In this document: piece after piece, positions 20,132 to 31,496 of the stretch
Layout of the letters: every line of letters starts with the position of its first letter
Position numbering within the stretch: the first letter of the stretch is position 1
Source of the DNA: Planctomycetota bacterium
Lineage (GTDB): Bacteria; Planctomycetota; UBA1135; UBA2386
Assembly: GCA_947501605.1 (NCBI GenBank)
Contig: CANMWZ010000002.1
Coordinates: 192,001-256,000 of the forward strand
DNA: 64,000 bases
Direction of reading: 5' to 3'
Translations under genes and position numbers: made by a program
The notes under the pieces: generated by a model
The model's input: the letters and a program-made list of their open reading frames with translations, nothing else
The model's database searches: none
What the model was told of the DNA's origin: nothing

Positions 20132-21769
20132 TCACTTGCCGCGCAGTTCCTTCACCAACTCGGCTTCCCCGTAGACCTTGTCGAGCGCCTCGATCATGCC
20201 GGCGGCATGGACGCCAACGCAGCGGTTCACGCGTTCGTCGAACCAGTAGTTGCCGGGCAGCGACTCGATGTTGCCGTCGAACACGAGGCCGACGACGTTG
20301 GCGTTACGGTCGAGGATCGGGCTGCCCGAGTTGCCGCCGATGATGTCCGCGGTGCAGACGAAGTTGTAGGACGTCTCGAGGTTGAGCTTCGCCTTTGCGT
20401 CCTGCCAGCGCTTGGGCAAGTCGTACGGAGCCTCGTTGTCGAACGACGAGTTGCGCTCGTAGAGCCCGTTGAACGTCGTCCGCGGCGGCACTTTGGTCGT
20501 TCCGGCCTCGTAGCCGGTCACCGTGCCGAAGGCGAGCCGCAGCGTGAAGGTCGCATCCGGGTACAGGTCCTTGCCGTAGGCATCGAAGCGGGCCTTGTTC
20601 AGGATCGCCTTGTTCGGCGGCACGATCTCCTGGGCCAGAGTGCGCTGCATATTGGTGCGCGCCGATTGCTTGGAGGACTTGTCTTCGATCAGCGCCTTGA
20701 ACTCGGCGTAGCCGTTCGCGATCGCCTCGAAGGCAGCCTTGACCTCGGGCTTGCCCGACTTCTCGACCAGCGCCTCATCGCGCGCCTTCATCTTTGCCAT
20801 CATCGCCGCATCCTGTAGGCCGGTCAGGTGACCCTCGTACGCCTTCAGACTGTTGGCAATGCCAAAGAACTGGTCGCGCAGCGCAAAGGCCTTCTCCGGA
20901 TCGCTGTCCATCTGGCTCTTGGTATCAGCCAGCATGCCTTTCAATCGATCGACGATGCGCGGGCACTGGAAGTCGCGGTGGAACTCCATTTCCGCGTGCG
21001 TCAGCAGACGCTCGGTGTTGCCCGGGTGCCCCGAGACAAACACGAGGTCATCCTTCTTCGCGCCGTCCGCGTTCCAGTGAAAGTAGTACTTGGACGAGTC
21101 GATCGGCTTGTCGTCCTCGTAGACGCGGAAGAACGCGCAGTCCAGGCAGTAGCGCGGATAGGTGAAGTTGTCGTAGTCACCGCCATAGAACGCCACTTGC
21201 TTCTCGGGCGCGAACACGAGCCGTACGTCGTCGTAGACGTGGTAGACGTGGATGCGGTACTCGTTGCCGTCGTAGAGCACGACCGGGTCGGCGACGATGT
21301 GCTTGCCCTCGTCCTTCTGGGCGTCGCACATCTCCTTCAGCTTGTCGTCCCGCGCGTCCTCAGCGACCGCGAGCACTTCCGTGGTCACGTTCTTGATCTC
21401 GATGAGCTGGCGCAACGTCAGGCCCTTGCCCTTCACTTCGCTGCCGTAGAGCTTGCTGCTGAACCCAGGCTCGACCCAGTCCTTCTCTTGCGTCGAGACC
21501 GCTTGAATGGTCTGCAAGGCAACGTGGTGGTTGGTCATGACGAGGCCGTTCGGCGAAACGAACGAACCCGAACCGCCCGTGTCAAAACGCACCGAGCCGA
21601 GCCGAACGTGGTCGAGCCACTCGCTGGTCGGCTCGAACTGGTACTTCTCCTTGAGATACTGCAACGGCAGACCATCGAAGGGCCACATGCCCTCGTCGGG
21701 CGGCGTGGTCGGCAGGGCAACGAGAACGGCGATGGCGCAGAGCCAGCGCGAGACCGGGAACAACTGCAT
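20132..21769 (-). CDS. S46 family dipeptidyl peptidase (compact)
   Basis: Signal peptide, DEGMWP, GSGSFVSPNGLVMTNHHV, PDATFTLRL, DIIGGNSGSP. Confidence 0.92.
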   Translation of the reverse strand: MQLFPVSRWLCAIAVLVALPTTPPDEGMWPFDGLPLQYLKEKYQFEPTSEWLDHVRLGSVRFDTGGSGSFVSPNGLVMTNHHVALQTIQAVSTQEKDWVEPGFSSKLYGSEVKGKGLTLRQLIEIKNVTTEVLAVAEDARDDKLKEMCDAQKDEGKHIVADPVVLYDGNEYRIHVYHVYDDVRLVFAPEKQVAFYGGDYDNFTYPRYCLDCAFFRVYEDDKPIDSSKYYFHWNADGAKKDDLVFVSGHPGNTERLLTHAEMEFHRDFQCPRIVDRLKGMLADTKSQMDSDPEKAFALRDQFFGIANSLKAYEGHLTGLQDAAMMAKMKARDEALVEKSGKPEVKAAFEAIANGYAEFKALIEDKSSKQSARTNMQRTLAQEIVPPNKAILNKARFDAYGKDLYPDATFTLRLAFGTVTGYEAGTTKVPPRTTFNGLYERNSSFDNEAPYDLPKRWQDAKAKLNLETSYNFVCTADIIGGNSGSPILDRNANVVGLVFDGNIESLPGNYWFDERVNRCVGVHAAGMIEALDKVYGEAELVKELRGK

Positions 21770-21872
21770 GAAGGGGTCCTTGGCTTAGGAGGAGCGCCGC
21801 GACTATCGGTCGGGCTAGGGTTCGGGGCGGCGATGATACGGAGACGCGCGCGCGCACGCCAAGTTCTGCTGG

Positions 21873-23771
21873 CTAGCGCTTGCGATCCTGCTGTCCCCGA
21901 TCCTCCGCACGCCGCTCGTCGCCGTCCTTGCCGGCATCCGCCGGGCGCGGCTGAAGCTTGTCGAACACTTGGTCGGCGACGCGCACCGGCAACCCCGGGA
22001 CCCCCCGGATCTGCTCCCGACTTGCTTGCTGCAGCGCCGACAGGGAGCCGAAGTGCCGCAGCAGCGTCCGGCGCCGCTCGGGACCGACGCCCTCGACTTC
22101 ATCGAGCTCGCTGCCGATTCGACCGCGACGCTGACGATGGAAGGTGATGGCAAAGCGGTGGGCCTCGTCACGAAGCGCCGCCACCAAGAGCGTCTCCGGC
22201 GCGTTCTCCGCGAGCGGGATTGGTAGCTCCTTTCCGGGCAGCACCAACCGCTCCCCGGTCGCCAGCTTGTTGCCAGGGAGGCCGCGCATCCGGCTCTTGG
22301 CGAGGCCACACACGCGCAGTTCGCCGTCGAGCGCCAACTCTGCGATCGCCCGCTGCGCCGCCGCCAGCTGACCGTGACCGCCGTCCACCACCAACAGATC
22401 CGGAAGCTCCTCGGAATCGCGTTCAAGACAGAGCTGCAAACTGCGCAAAACGGCCTCTTGCATCGCCGAGAAGTCGTCGGCGGCATGCACGGCCGAGATG
22501 CGAAAGCGCCGGTACTGCGACTTGTCGGGCTCGCCGTCGACAAAGCACACGCGCGACGCGACGGTCTCGTGACCCTGCGTCGTCGAGACGTCGATGCAGT
22601 GCATTCGCTGCGGCGCAGCGTCGAGCTCGAGTCGGCGACCAAGGCGCAGCGCAGCCTCCGCTCGGCGGGCGGTGGCATCGGCCGTTACTGCATCCGCGAG
22701 TGCCGCGTTCTGCTCGGCGAGCTCCAAGTGACGTCGCCGTGGACCGCGCAACGGCACATGCAGCGACACCGCGCCACCGCGCTTGCCGCGCAGCCACTCC
22801 TCGATGAGCGGGGACTCGGCCGGCTCACTCGGCACCAACACCGATGCTGGCACGTGCCGATCGCCCTCGTAGAGCCGCGGCAACAGGTCGGAGAGCAGCA
22901 AGTCGTCGGGCAATTGACTGCGAAACGAGAAGCGGCGGCATGACTCCAAAGAACCGTCGCGGAACGACAGGAATGCGCAGGCAACTTCGTCGCCGGCGCG
23001 ATGGAGCCCGATCGCATCCTCGTCGCCGTCTTGCCCCACGACCGCTTGCCGTTCCGCGATGGTCTGCAGCGCTTCGATCTGCTGCTTCAGCACCTGCGCC
23101 CGCTCAAACTCCAAGGTCGCGGCAGCGGCGCCCATCTGCGTCCGCAAGTCGCGGAGGACCGTCGCCGAGTCGCCGCGCAACAGTCGCATCGATCGCTGCA
23201 GCAAGTCGTCGTAGTCAGCCCGCGCGATCAGTCCGGTGCACGGCGCTGGACACCGGCCGATCTGGTGCTTGATGCAGGGGCGACTGCGGTTGTCGAAGAC
23301 GTGGTCGGTGCAGTCGCGCAGCGGCGTGATCTTGTGCAACAACCGCAACGTGCGCCGCACGACCTTGGCCGACGGCCACGGCCCGAAGTAGAGAGCGCCG
23401 TCGTCGCGACGGCGACGCACCAGTCGATACCATGGCCACGGCTCCTTCGGATCGAGCCGCAGCATCAAGAACGACTTGTCGTCCTTGAGCTTCACGTTGT
23501 ATGGCGGCTTGTGCTTCTTGATGACCGTGTTCTCGAGAAGCAGGGCTTCTTGCTCCGTCGCGGTCGAGACGAACTCGACATCGACGGCTTCGTTTTCGAG
23601 GAAGCGCAGGAGCCAGCGTCCATCGCCGCCAGGTCGCAGATAGTTGCGGACGCGCGCGCGCAGGTTCGCAGCCTTGCCGGCGTAGAGCACGGCCCCGTCG
23701 GCGGCGAGGAACTGGTAGACGCCAGGCCCATCAGGGAAGCGCGAGACCTTGTCAGCGATCCGCGGGTCCAT
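21873..23771 (-). CDS. uvrC: Excinuclease ABC subunit C
   Basis: PGVYQF..LYAGKA.NLRARV, P.YNVKLKDDK, PDLLVVDGG.GQL, RDEAHRFA, C-terminal HhH. Confidence 0.97.
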   Translation of the reverse strand: MDPRIADKVSRFPDGPGVYQFLAADGAVLYAGKAANLRARVRNYLRPGGDGRWLLRFLENEAVDVEFVSTATEQEALLLENTVIKKHKPPYNVKLKDDKSFLMLRLDPKEPWPWYRLVRRRRDDGALYFGPWPSAKVVRRTLRLLHKITPLRDCTDHVFDNRSRPCIKHQIGRCPAPCTGLIARADYDDLLQRSMRLLRGDSATVLRDLRTQMGAAAATLEFERAQVLKQQIEALQTIAERQAVVGQDGDEDAIGLHRAGDEVACAFLSFRDGSLESCRRFSFRSQLPDDLLLSDLLPRLYEGDRHVPASVLVPSEPAESPLIEEWLRGKRGGAVSLHVPLRGPRRRHLELAEQNAALADAVTADATARRAEAALRLGRRLELDAAPQRMHCIDVSTTQGHETVASRVCFVDGEPDKSQYRRFRISAVHAADDFSAMQEAVLRSLQLCLERDSEELPDLLVVDGGHGQLAAAQRAIAELALDGELRVCGLAKSRMRGLPGNKLATGERLVLPGKELPIPLAENAPETLLVAALRDEAHRFAITFHRQRRGRIGSELDEVEGVGPERRRTLLRHFGSLSALQQASREQIRGVPGLPVRVADQVFDKLQPRPADAGKDGDERRAEDRGQQDRKR

Positions 23772-23774
23772 CGC

Positions 23775-25838
<2,064 letters not shown>

Positions 25839-25881
25839 CAGTTGCGATGATGGGACGGCAACGACCTGGACGCCAGCCGAC

Positions 25882-27147
25882 TCAGCGCCGATGCGCCAAG
25901 GCGACACAGAGGTTGTCGTCGGCAATCAGTCGGTGGCGCCGCGCGTCGATGTCCGACGGTCGCAGCGAGGCGAGGACCGAAAGACCGGCGAACGGCTCTA
26001 TGCCCTCGAGCTCTTCGCTGGCGTGGTGGAAGGCAAGGGCGCGCACGCTCTCACAACTGCGAACGAAGGCCCCGACGACGCGGCGACGCAGCCGTTCGAG
26101 TTGCTCGTCGTCGAACGACACCGGTGCGTTCAGCGCCTCGCGGATCGCCGCCTCCGCGCGCGCGGGGTCCTCGGTGTCGCACCCGATCGTGGCGACGCCA
26201 AAGGTGCGCTCGCCCATGTAGCCAGCCCCCAAGGTGTCGTCGACCAGCCCGCGCTGGTGCAGGGACTCGCGAACGTCGGAGCTGCCGGCGAAGAGGCGAT
26301 CGAGGACGACCCCCGAGGCCATCGCGCGCTCGGCTCGATGTCGCCACGTCGAGGCCTCTTGACGTTCTTTGAGCCCGATCATGAGCTTGGTCCGCGCAAC
26401 TGCCATCGTGCGCTCGACGCGAGGCTTTGCAGGCGGGCCGAAGTCGGTGATGTTCGCCCGCTGTGGCGACGATCCCGGGCGCAGCGTGCACTCTTCGCAC
26501 AAGCGCAGCACGAGCTCCGGGTCGACGGGTCCGGCGACGGCAATCGCCGCATTGCCGGTGCGATAGAAGGCGGCGTAGGCGCGCATCAGTGTGGTGGCGG
26601 TGATCTCGCCGATCGAGGTCACGGTACCACCGACCGTCGCCCGCACCGGGTGCTCCGCGTAGAGGGCACCCAGCAGCGAGAAGACCAGACCCTGGTCGGG
26701 CGAGTCTTCGTACATGCGCACTTCTTGCGCGATGATGCCGCGTTCCTTCTCGACGTTCTGATCGGTGATGTGCGGCTTCCCGACCAAGCGAAGCAAGTCG
26801 CGCAGGTTGTCTTCCACGGCCGTGGCCGACTGGAAGAAGTACGTCGTCCGGGTGAACCCGGTCTGCGCGTTGACGCGGGCGCCGCGCGCCGAGAACCGCT
26901 GGAACACGGCGAGCTCTTCATCCTCGAACAACTTGTGCTCTAGGTAGTGCGCGGTGCCGGCAGGCGAGGTCACCGGCCCCTGGCCGTCGTCGAAAGCGAC
27001 GTCCGTACTGCCATAGCCAAAAGTGATCACAGCGGCGGTCTCGCGCAATTGCGGCCGGGGCAGCACGCGCAACCGCAGACCAAAGGACGTCGTCGCGAGC
27101 CACACCTCTTCGCCCACCACGGGATCTCGAACGATGCGAAACGTCAT
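25882..27147 (-). CDS. M16 family zinc peptidase, catalytic subunit (YmfH-like)
   Basis: GTAHYLEHKLFE (HXXEH), NAQT.F.RT.Y, VEKERGIIAQE. Confidence 0.9.
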   Translation of the reverse strand: MTFRIVRDPVVGEEVWLATTSFGLRLRVLPRPQLRETAAVITFGYGSTDVAFDDGQGPVTSPAGTAHYLEHKLFEDEELAVFQRFSARGARVNAQTGFTRTTYFFQSATAVEDNLRDLLRLVGKPHITDQNVEKERGIIAQEVRMYEDSPDQGLVFSLLGALYAEHPVRATVGGTVTSIGEITATTLMRAYAAFYRTGNAAIAVAGPVDPELVLRLCEECTLRPGSSPQRANITDFGPPAKPRVERTMAVARTKLMIGLKERQEASTWRHRAERAMASGVVLDRLFAGSSDVRESLHQRGLVDDTLGAGYMGERTFGVATIGCDTEDPARAEAAIREALNAPVSFDDEQLERLRRRVVGAFVRSCESVRALAFHHASEELEGIEPFAGLSVLASLRPSDIDARRHRLIADDNLCVALAHRR

Positions 27148-28424
27148 GATCCAGTCCTCGGCAACAGCGCGTAATCGAGGTCGAGCCACAACGACTGCGC
27201 CGCGGCCACGACATCGTCGCGCCGAACTCGCCCCAGCGCCGCGATACGCTGCTCGGGCTTCTCATCGAAGCCGCGAAGATACTGTTCGGCGGTGAACGAC
27301 AGCCGCGCCGCTGGCGAATCATCCACGCTGCGCAGCGGACCCTGACACACGGCAATCGCGGTCGAAAGCTCGGCGTCGCTGAAGCGCCCCGCGGCGATCT
27401 CGGCGAGTTGCGCCATCGACTGCTCGGCAACTGCCGGCGCCGCGTGCGCATCGCAGCCCGACTGGACGATGACGAGGCCCTTGTCCGAGTCGCCGCCAGC
27501 GCTCGCGTAGTAACACAGCGAACGCTTCTCGCGGACTTCCGTGAACAGCCGCGAATGCGGTCCCCCTCCCCACAGCGACAGCGCCACGTGCAGGACGCAC
27601 AACTGCGCCGGCAACGTGGGCACCGGTGTCCGCAGCACCAGGACGACCTTCGCCTGCTGCATCTCGGCGTGGTCGCGCACGACGCGCACCGCACGCGGGG
27701 CTGGCTGCACGAGCGGTGGCGCCGTGAATGGCGTCCACGGCGGCAAGGCCGACAACAGGGGCGACAGCGCCGCATGGAGATCGTCTGGAATCACCCCGGC
27801 CAGCAGCACGAACGGACTGCCATGCTGGACGTAGTCCGCGAGCATGGCCGCGGGTCCGTCTGGCTCCGTGGCGGCGATCGCGGCCTCGCCGCCGTGGTCT
27901 TCGACCCCGTACGGCTCACCTGCGCACGCGGCCAGCACTGCCGAACTACGAGCCAACCGCCCCTTGTCGTCCACCACCGAACGCGCGCTGGCCAGCGCCT
28001 GGGCGCGCTCGCGCTCGAAGATCGATCGCGGCAGTCCCGGCGTCACCAGCCGCGGCCGCAACAGTTGCTCTGCCAGGAGCTCTTGGAGCGCCGAGAACTG
28101 ATCCGGTCGCGACGGCAAGAACTGACCGGCAACCGCGTCGGCGGACAGTCGCAGCACCGAGGATTCGCCATGACGCCCGACTCCGAAGCCCGTGCTTGCA
28201 CCGTAGAGCCGCTCGCGAGCCCGCAGGAGCGCCGGGCGATCGGGATGGCGCGCGGTTCCGTGTTGCAGCAGCGCCGGCAGCAAGGCCCTGGCCGCCTGCT
28301 GGGCATCCAGCGGTCGGCGCCAGAGCACGGCGACACGAAACGTTTTGCCCAGCGAATCGCGACGATGCAGGACCGGCACACCGCGGACGAGCGACTGGTC
28401 GAAGCCGGCGAAGGGTGCGTCCAT
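27144..28424 (-). CDS. M16 family non-catalytic subunit (YmfF-like)
   Basis: GGGPHSRLFTEVREKRSLCYYA with no HXXEH. Overlaps the start of its partner gene. Confidence 0.85.
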   Translation of the reverse strand: MDAPFAGFDQSLVRGVPVLHRRDSLGKTFRVAVLWRRPLDAQQAARALLPALLQHGTARHPDRPALLRARERLYGASTGFGVGRHGESSVLRLSADAVAGQFLPSRPDQFSALQELLAEQLLRPRLVTPGLPRSIFERERAQALASARSVVDDKGRLARSSAVLAACAGEPYGVEDHGGEAAIAATEPDGPAAMLADYVQHGSPFVLLAGVIPDDLHAALSPLLSALPPWTPFTAPPLVQPAPRAVRVVRDHAEMQQAKVVLVLRTPVPTLPAQLCVLHVALSLWGGGPHSRLFTEVREKRSLCYYASAGGDSDKGLVIVQSGCDAHAAPAVAEQSMAQLAEIAAGRFSDAELSTAIAVCQGPLRSVDDSPAARLSFTAEQYLRGFDEKPEQRIAALGRVRRDDVVAAAQSLWLDLDYALLPRTGS

Positions 28425-28511
28425 AGGGAAGTGCGGCCATGCCGCGGTGCGCATCTTGCCGGCGAAGCCGGACGGGAGCCATGGCGCAGCCGGCGTGCTA
28501 TGTTCGTCACC

Positions 28512-29606
28512 ATGTTCCAACGCGCCATGTTCGCCACGCTCTGCGCCGCAGCCCTCCCGGCGCAGCAACTGAAGGTCGTGCCGGTGGGAATGGACTTCGT
28601 CGAGGGCCCCGCAGTCTCGACCACGCCCTTCAGTGCGACGACCGGCGGCATTCAACTGCTGATTGACGCGAGCCAGGTCACGCAGAGCGTCGGCTACCTG
28701 AATGGCATCCGGTTCCGCCCGACCCAGACGACCAGCAGCTCGGCGGGATTTACCAAGAACTACCAGATCAACCTCTACACGGTGCCGACCACGGCGGCCG
28801 CGTTCGAGGCGAGTGCGTCGCCCTACGATCCCAACGCCATCATCGCCGGAGCCACGCCGACCACGGTCTTCAACGGGCCGATGACCTTCCCGGCCACGGC
28901 CCCACTCTCGCTCGCCCCGGCGTCGTTCTCGATCCACTTCCCGTTCACGACGCCCTACATCTTCGATGGCACGCAGGGCAACCTGCTGATCATGCTGGAG
29001 ACCACGGACTTGGTCCCGACGCCGGGGACCTACCGCATCGACGCCGTGCAATTCCGCGAGGATCAGATCACGGGCATCGCGGCCCCCATCGACACCGCCG
29101 GCTGTGTCGTCAACGGCACTTCGCTGACGAGCGCCGTCAACGCCTCACGATTGGTCTACAACGGATCGATCGACGTGACCCTGGCCAGCATCCCGGCGTC
29201 GGCGTTCCCAGCGGCGATCGTCACCCTCGGTCTTGTGCGCGCCGACGTCGATCTCGGCAGCCTCGGACTCACCGGCTGTACGGGACGCGCTGGCAGCCTC
29301 GACTTGACCCAGTTCGCGGTCTCGGGTGGCGGCGTCTACCCGCTGGTGTCGTGGCCCGTTCCCAATTCGACGATCTTCAGCGGGCTCGCGCTGGTTAGCC
29401 AATCGCTCGGCCTCGCCGCATCCGGCGTGTTCTTGGACAGCGCGGTCAGCAACGCTCACGCCCTGCGCCTCGCGGAGAACCTCATGCCGGCAACCGTCAC
29501 CGCGATGTACGGCTTCCATACCGTGACCATGACGACCAACGCCTGGTTCCACGGCACGGTCGGCCAGATCACGCCCGTCGTGCAACTCGACGGCCTGTTT
29601 CCGTGA
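28512..29606 (+). CDS. Secreted hypothetical protein
   Basis: Signal peptide ending AALPAQ, Thr/Ser/Pro-rich beta protein with C-terminal GC...DLGSLGLTGC...Q..SNA segment. Alternative ATG at 28500. Confidence 0.75.
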   Translation: MFQRAMFATLCAAALPAQQLKVVPVGMDFVEGPAVSTTPFSATTGGIQLLIDASQVTQSVGYLNGIRFRPTQTTSSSAGFTKNYQINLYTVPTTAAAFEASASPYDPNAIIAGATPTTVFNGPMTFPATAPLSLAPASFSIHFPFTTPYIFDGTQGNLLIMLETTDLVPTPGTYRIDAVQFREDQITGIAAPIDTAGCVVNGTSLTSAVNASRLVYNGSIDVTLASIPASAFPAAIVTLGLVRADVDLGSLGLTGCTGRAGSLDLTQFAVSGGGVYPLVSWPVPNSTIFSGLALVSQSLGLAASGVFLDSAVSNAHALRLAENLMPATVTAMYGFHTVTMTTNAWFHGTVGQITPVVQLDGLFP

Positions 29607-30484
29607 TGCACCACCGAATCCGTCCCTGGCACGCGGCGCCGTCGCTGCTTCTGCTCAGCCTTTCGACCGTCGCCGTTGCCCAGGCAGAGCCGACGCTGGC
29701 GCAGCTCACCGAACTGGTCACCGAGGCCCACCGCACGGCGGCGGCCACGACGATCGTGTCCTTCCGCGCCGACTTGCGCATCGAGGAGCTTGCGCGCACG
29801 GCCGAGGAACATCGCGGCCAGGTCGAACTGGAAGTGAGGTTTCTCGACTGGAAGCACCCAGACACCGGTCGCTCCTATCCACTGATCCGCTACCGGCAAA
29901 CCGACAGCTCGCGTTCGATCGAGCACGGCCGCGATCGCGAGGACTACTGGGCCATGGCCGATGGCAAGCCACAGAACATGCGTTCTCGTGAGTTGGCTAC
30001 CGACCTCGAACACGCACGGCGCAACATCAAGCTCGCCCGGCAGATGGTCCAACTGGTCGACCCGAGCCACCTGCTGGCCACGGTGCAGGAGCCGTCCTTG
30101 GTTCACGACGAAGAGCTGGTCCAAGGTCGAACGTTGAAGACGCCGTGCTACACGGTGACCGGCAAGCTCCCATCGTTCCCGCTGCGACAGCAAGACGGTG
30201 AAGAGGCCGCGGTCGAAGCCAAGCTGTTCGTCGACAAGGTCAGCCATCGCCTAATCGGTCTCGAAGTGCGGCCTTTGCCAAAGGACGGCGAGACGGCTTC
30301 GCGCGACGGCGAGTTCGTGCTGCTGTCGGAGCACCGCGAAAACCAGGGTCGCATCGTGCCGACGCGCATCGTCCACTTCGCCATCGACGCGAACGGCAAA
30401 CGCCGCGCGCAGATGGGCGTCGATCTGACCACCTTGGACCTCGACGCCAAGCTCGAGCCCGCTGCGTTCGACCGTCCGGAGTGA
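29603..30484 (+). CDS. Secreted hypothetical protein (possible LolA-like fold)
   Basis: Signal peptide ending AVAQA, amphipathic beta strands, C-terminal LEPAAFDRP. Overlaps the upstream stop. Confidence 0.6.
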   Translation: MMHHRIRPWHAAPSLLLLSLSTVAVAQAEPTLAQLTELVTEAHRTAAATTIVSFRADLRIEELARTAEEHRGQVELEVRFLDWKHPDTGRSYPLIRYRQTDSSRSIEHGRDREDYWAMADGKPQNMRSRELATDLEHARRNIKLARQMVQLVDPSHLLATVQEPSLVHDEELVQGRTLKTPCYTVTGKLPSFPLRQQDGEEAAVEAKLFVDKVSHRLIGLEVRPLPKDGETASRDGEFVLLSEHRENQGRIVPTRIVHFAIDANGKRRAQMGVDLTTLDLDAKLEPAAFDRPE

Positions 30485-30497
30485 CCGCGCATAGGCC

Positions 30498-31496
30498 TTA
30501 GCGCGACCGCAACTGCAACAAGGCATCGGTCGGCACTGCGGTGCGCACGACCATCTGGATCTCGAGTACCTCGGCTTCCGGATCGACCGCGACCGAGGCG
30601 GTCGATTGCGCGATCCCGACGACATTGCCGCAGGCATCGACCACCGGCGCGCCCGAGGAGCCGCTGGCGAACTCGCAGGTGACTTGCAAGAACACGCGCC
30701 CTCGATCCGAGCCGACGGCCGCCAGCGCTTGGTGCCGATCGCCAACGCCTCCCGCCTCGGCCGCCGATTCTGGCACTGCTGTTCCGTCTGGCCTGGCTGT
30801 TCCGGGGGCCGGTCCACGGACCAGGTAGCGGCGCGCGATCGTGCCTGCAGTGAAGGTGGCGAAGAGGTGGTCCGGGTTCGAAAGGCAATACACCGGCTCG
30901 CCGGCCATCGCCCCCGGACGCAGCGGCAGCGGCACCAGGTTGCTCGCCGAGCAGCGCAGTACGGCCAGGTCGCTGCTGGCGTCGGCGGCAACGCACTCGG
31001 TGACCGCGAACACTTGGCCGTCGTAGCCGGCGACAAACGCGTAGGCGGGCGAGTCCTGTTGTTCCGCGTCGTCAGCGAGGACGTGGCAGCAGGTCGCCAC
31101 CAATCCGTCGCGGGCGACGGCAAAGCCCGTCGATGCACTCGCGTGCCAACCCGAGCATTCCTCGCAGTGGTAGTAGACGCCGACGAGAACAGTGCTCTGT
31201 AGCAACAGGTCGCGCAAGCGGGGCAGCGGCAGCGGTTCTGGGCGCAGTGGCGGCGACGCGAACGCGACGGTGCGTCCATCGGCAGCAGCGCGAACGCTCG
31301 CAACCGTGCGCAGTTCGCCCTTCAGGCGCAGAACCTCACACGCGGCCTCGATGCGCAGGAGCAGAGTGGCGTCGTCGATGACGTCCGGCGGTACCACCGG
31401 CACGGCCGCGGCCGAGATCGGCTCTGGCCTCTGCGCCGCCAACACGCTTGCCGAGAAACCGAACCAGAGAACGCAGAACGGGAGCAGCAGACTCAA
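30498..31496 (-). CDS. Secreted trypsin-like (S1) serine protease
   Basis: TGFAV..ATCCHV (His), SDLAVL (Asp), ASGSSGAPV (Ser), signal peptide. TTG start overlapping the permease stop, or ATG at 31508. Confidence 0.8.
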   Translation of the reverse strand: MSLLLPFCVLWFGFSASVLAAQRPEPISAAAVPVVPPDVIDDATLLLRIEAACEVLRLKGELRTVASVRAAADGRTVAFASPPLRPEPLPLPRLRDLLLQSTVLVGVYYHCEECSGWHASASTGFAVARDGLVATCCHVLADDAEQQDSPAYAFVAGYDGQVFAVTECVAADASSDLAVLRCSASNLVPLPLRPGAMAGEPVYCLSNPDHLFATFTAGTIARRYLVRGPAPGTARPDGTAVPESAAEAGGVGDRHQALAAVGSDRGRVFLQVTCEFASGSSGAPVVDACGNVVGIAQSTASVAVDPEAEVLEIQMVVRTAVPTDALLQLRSR

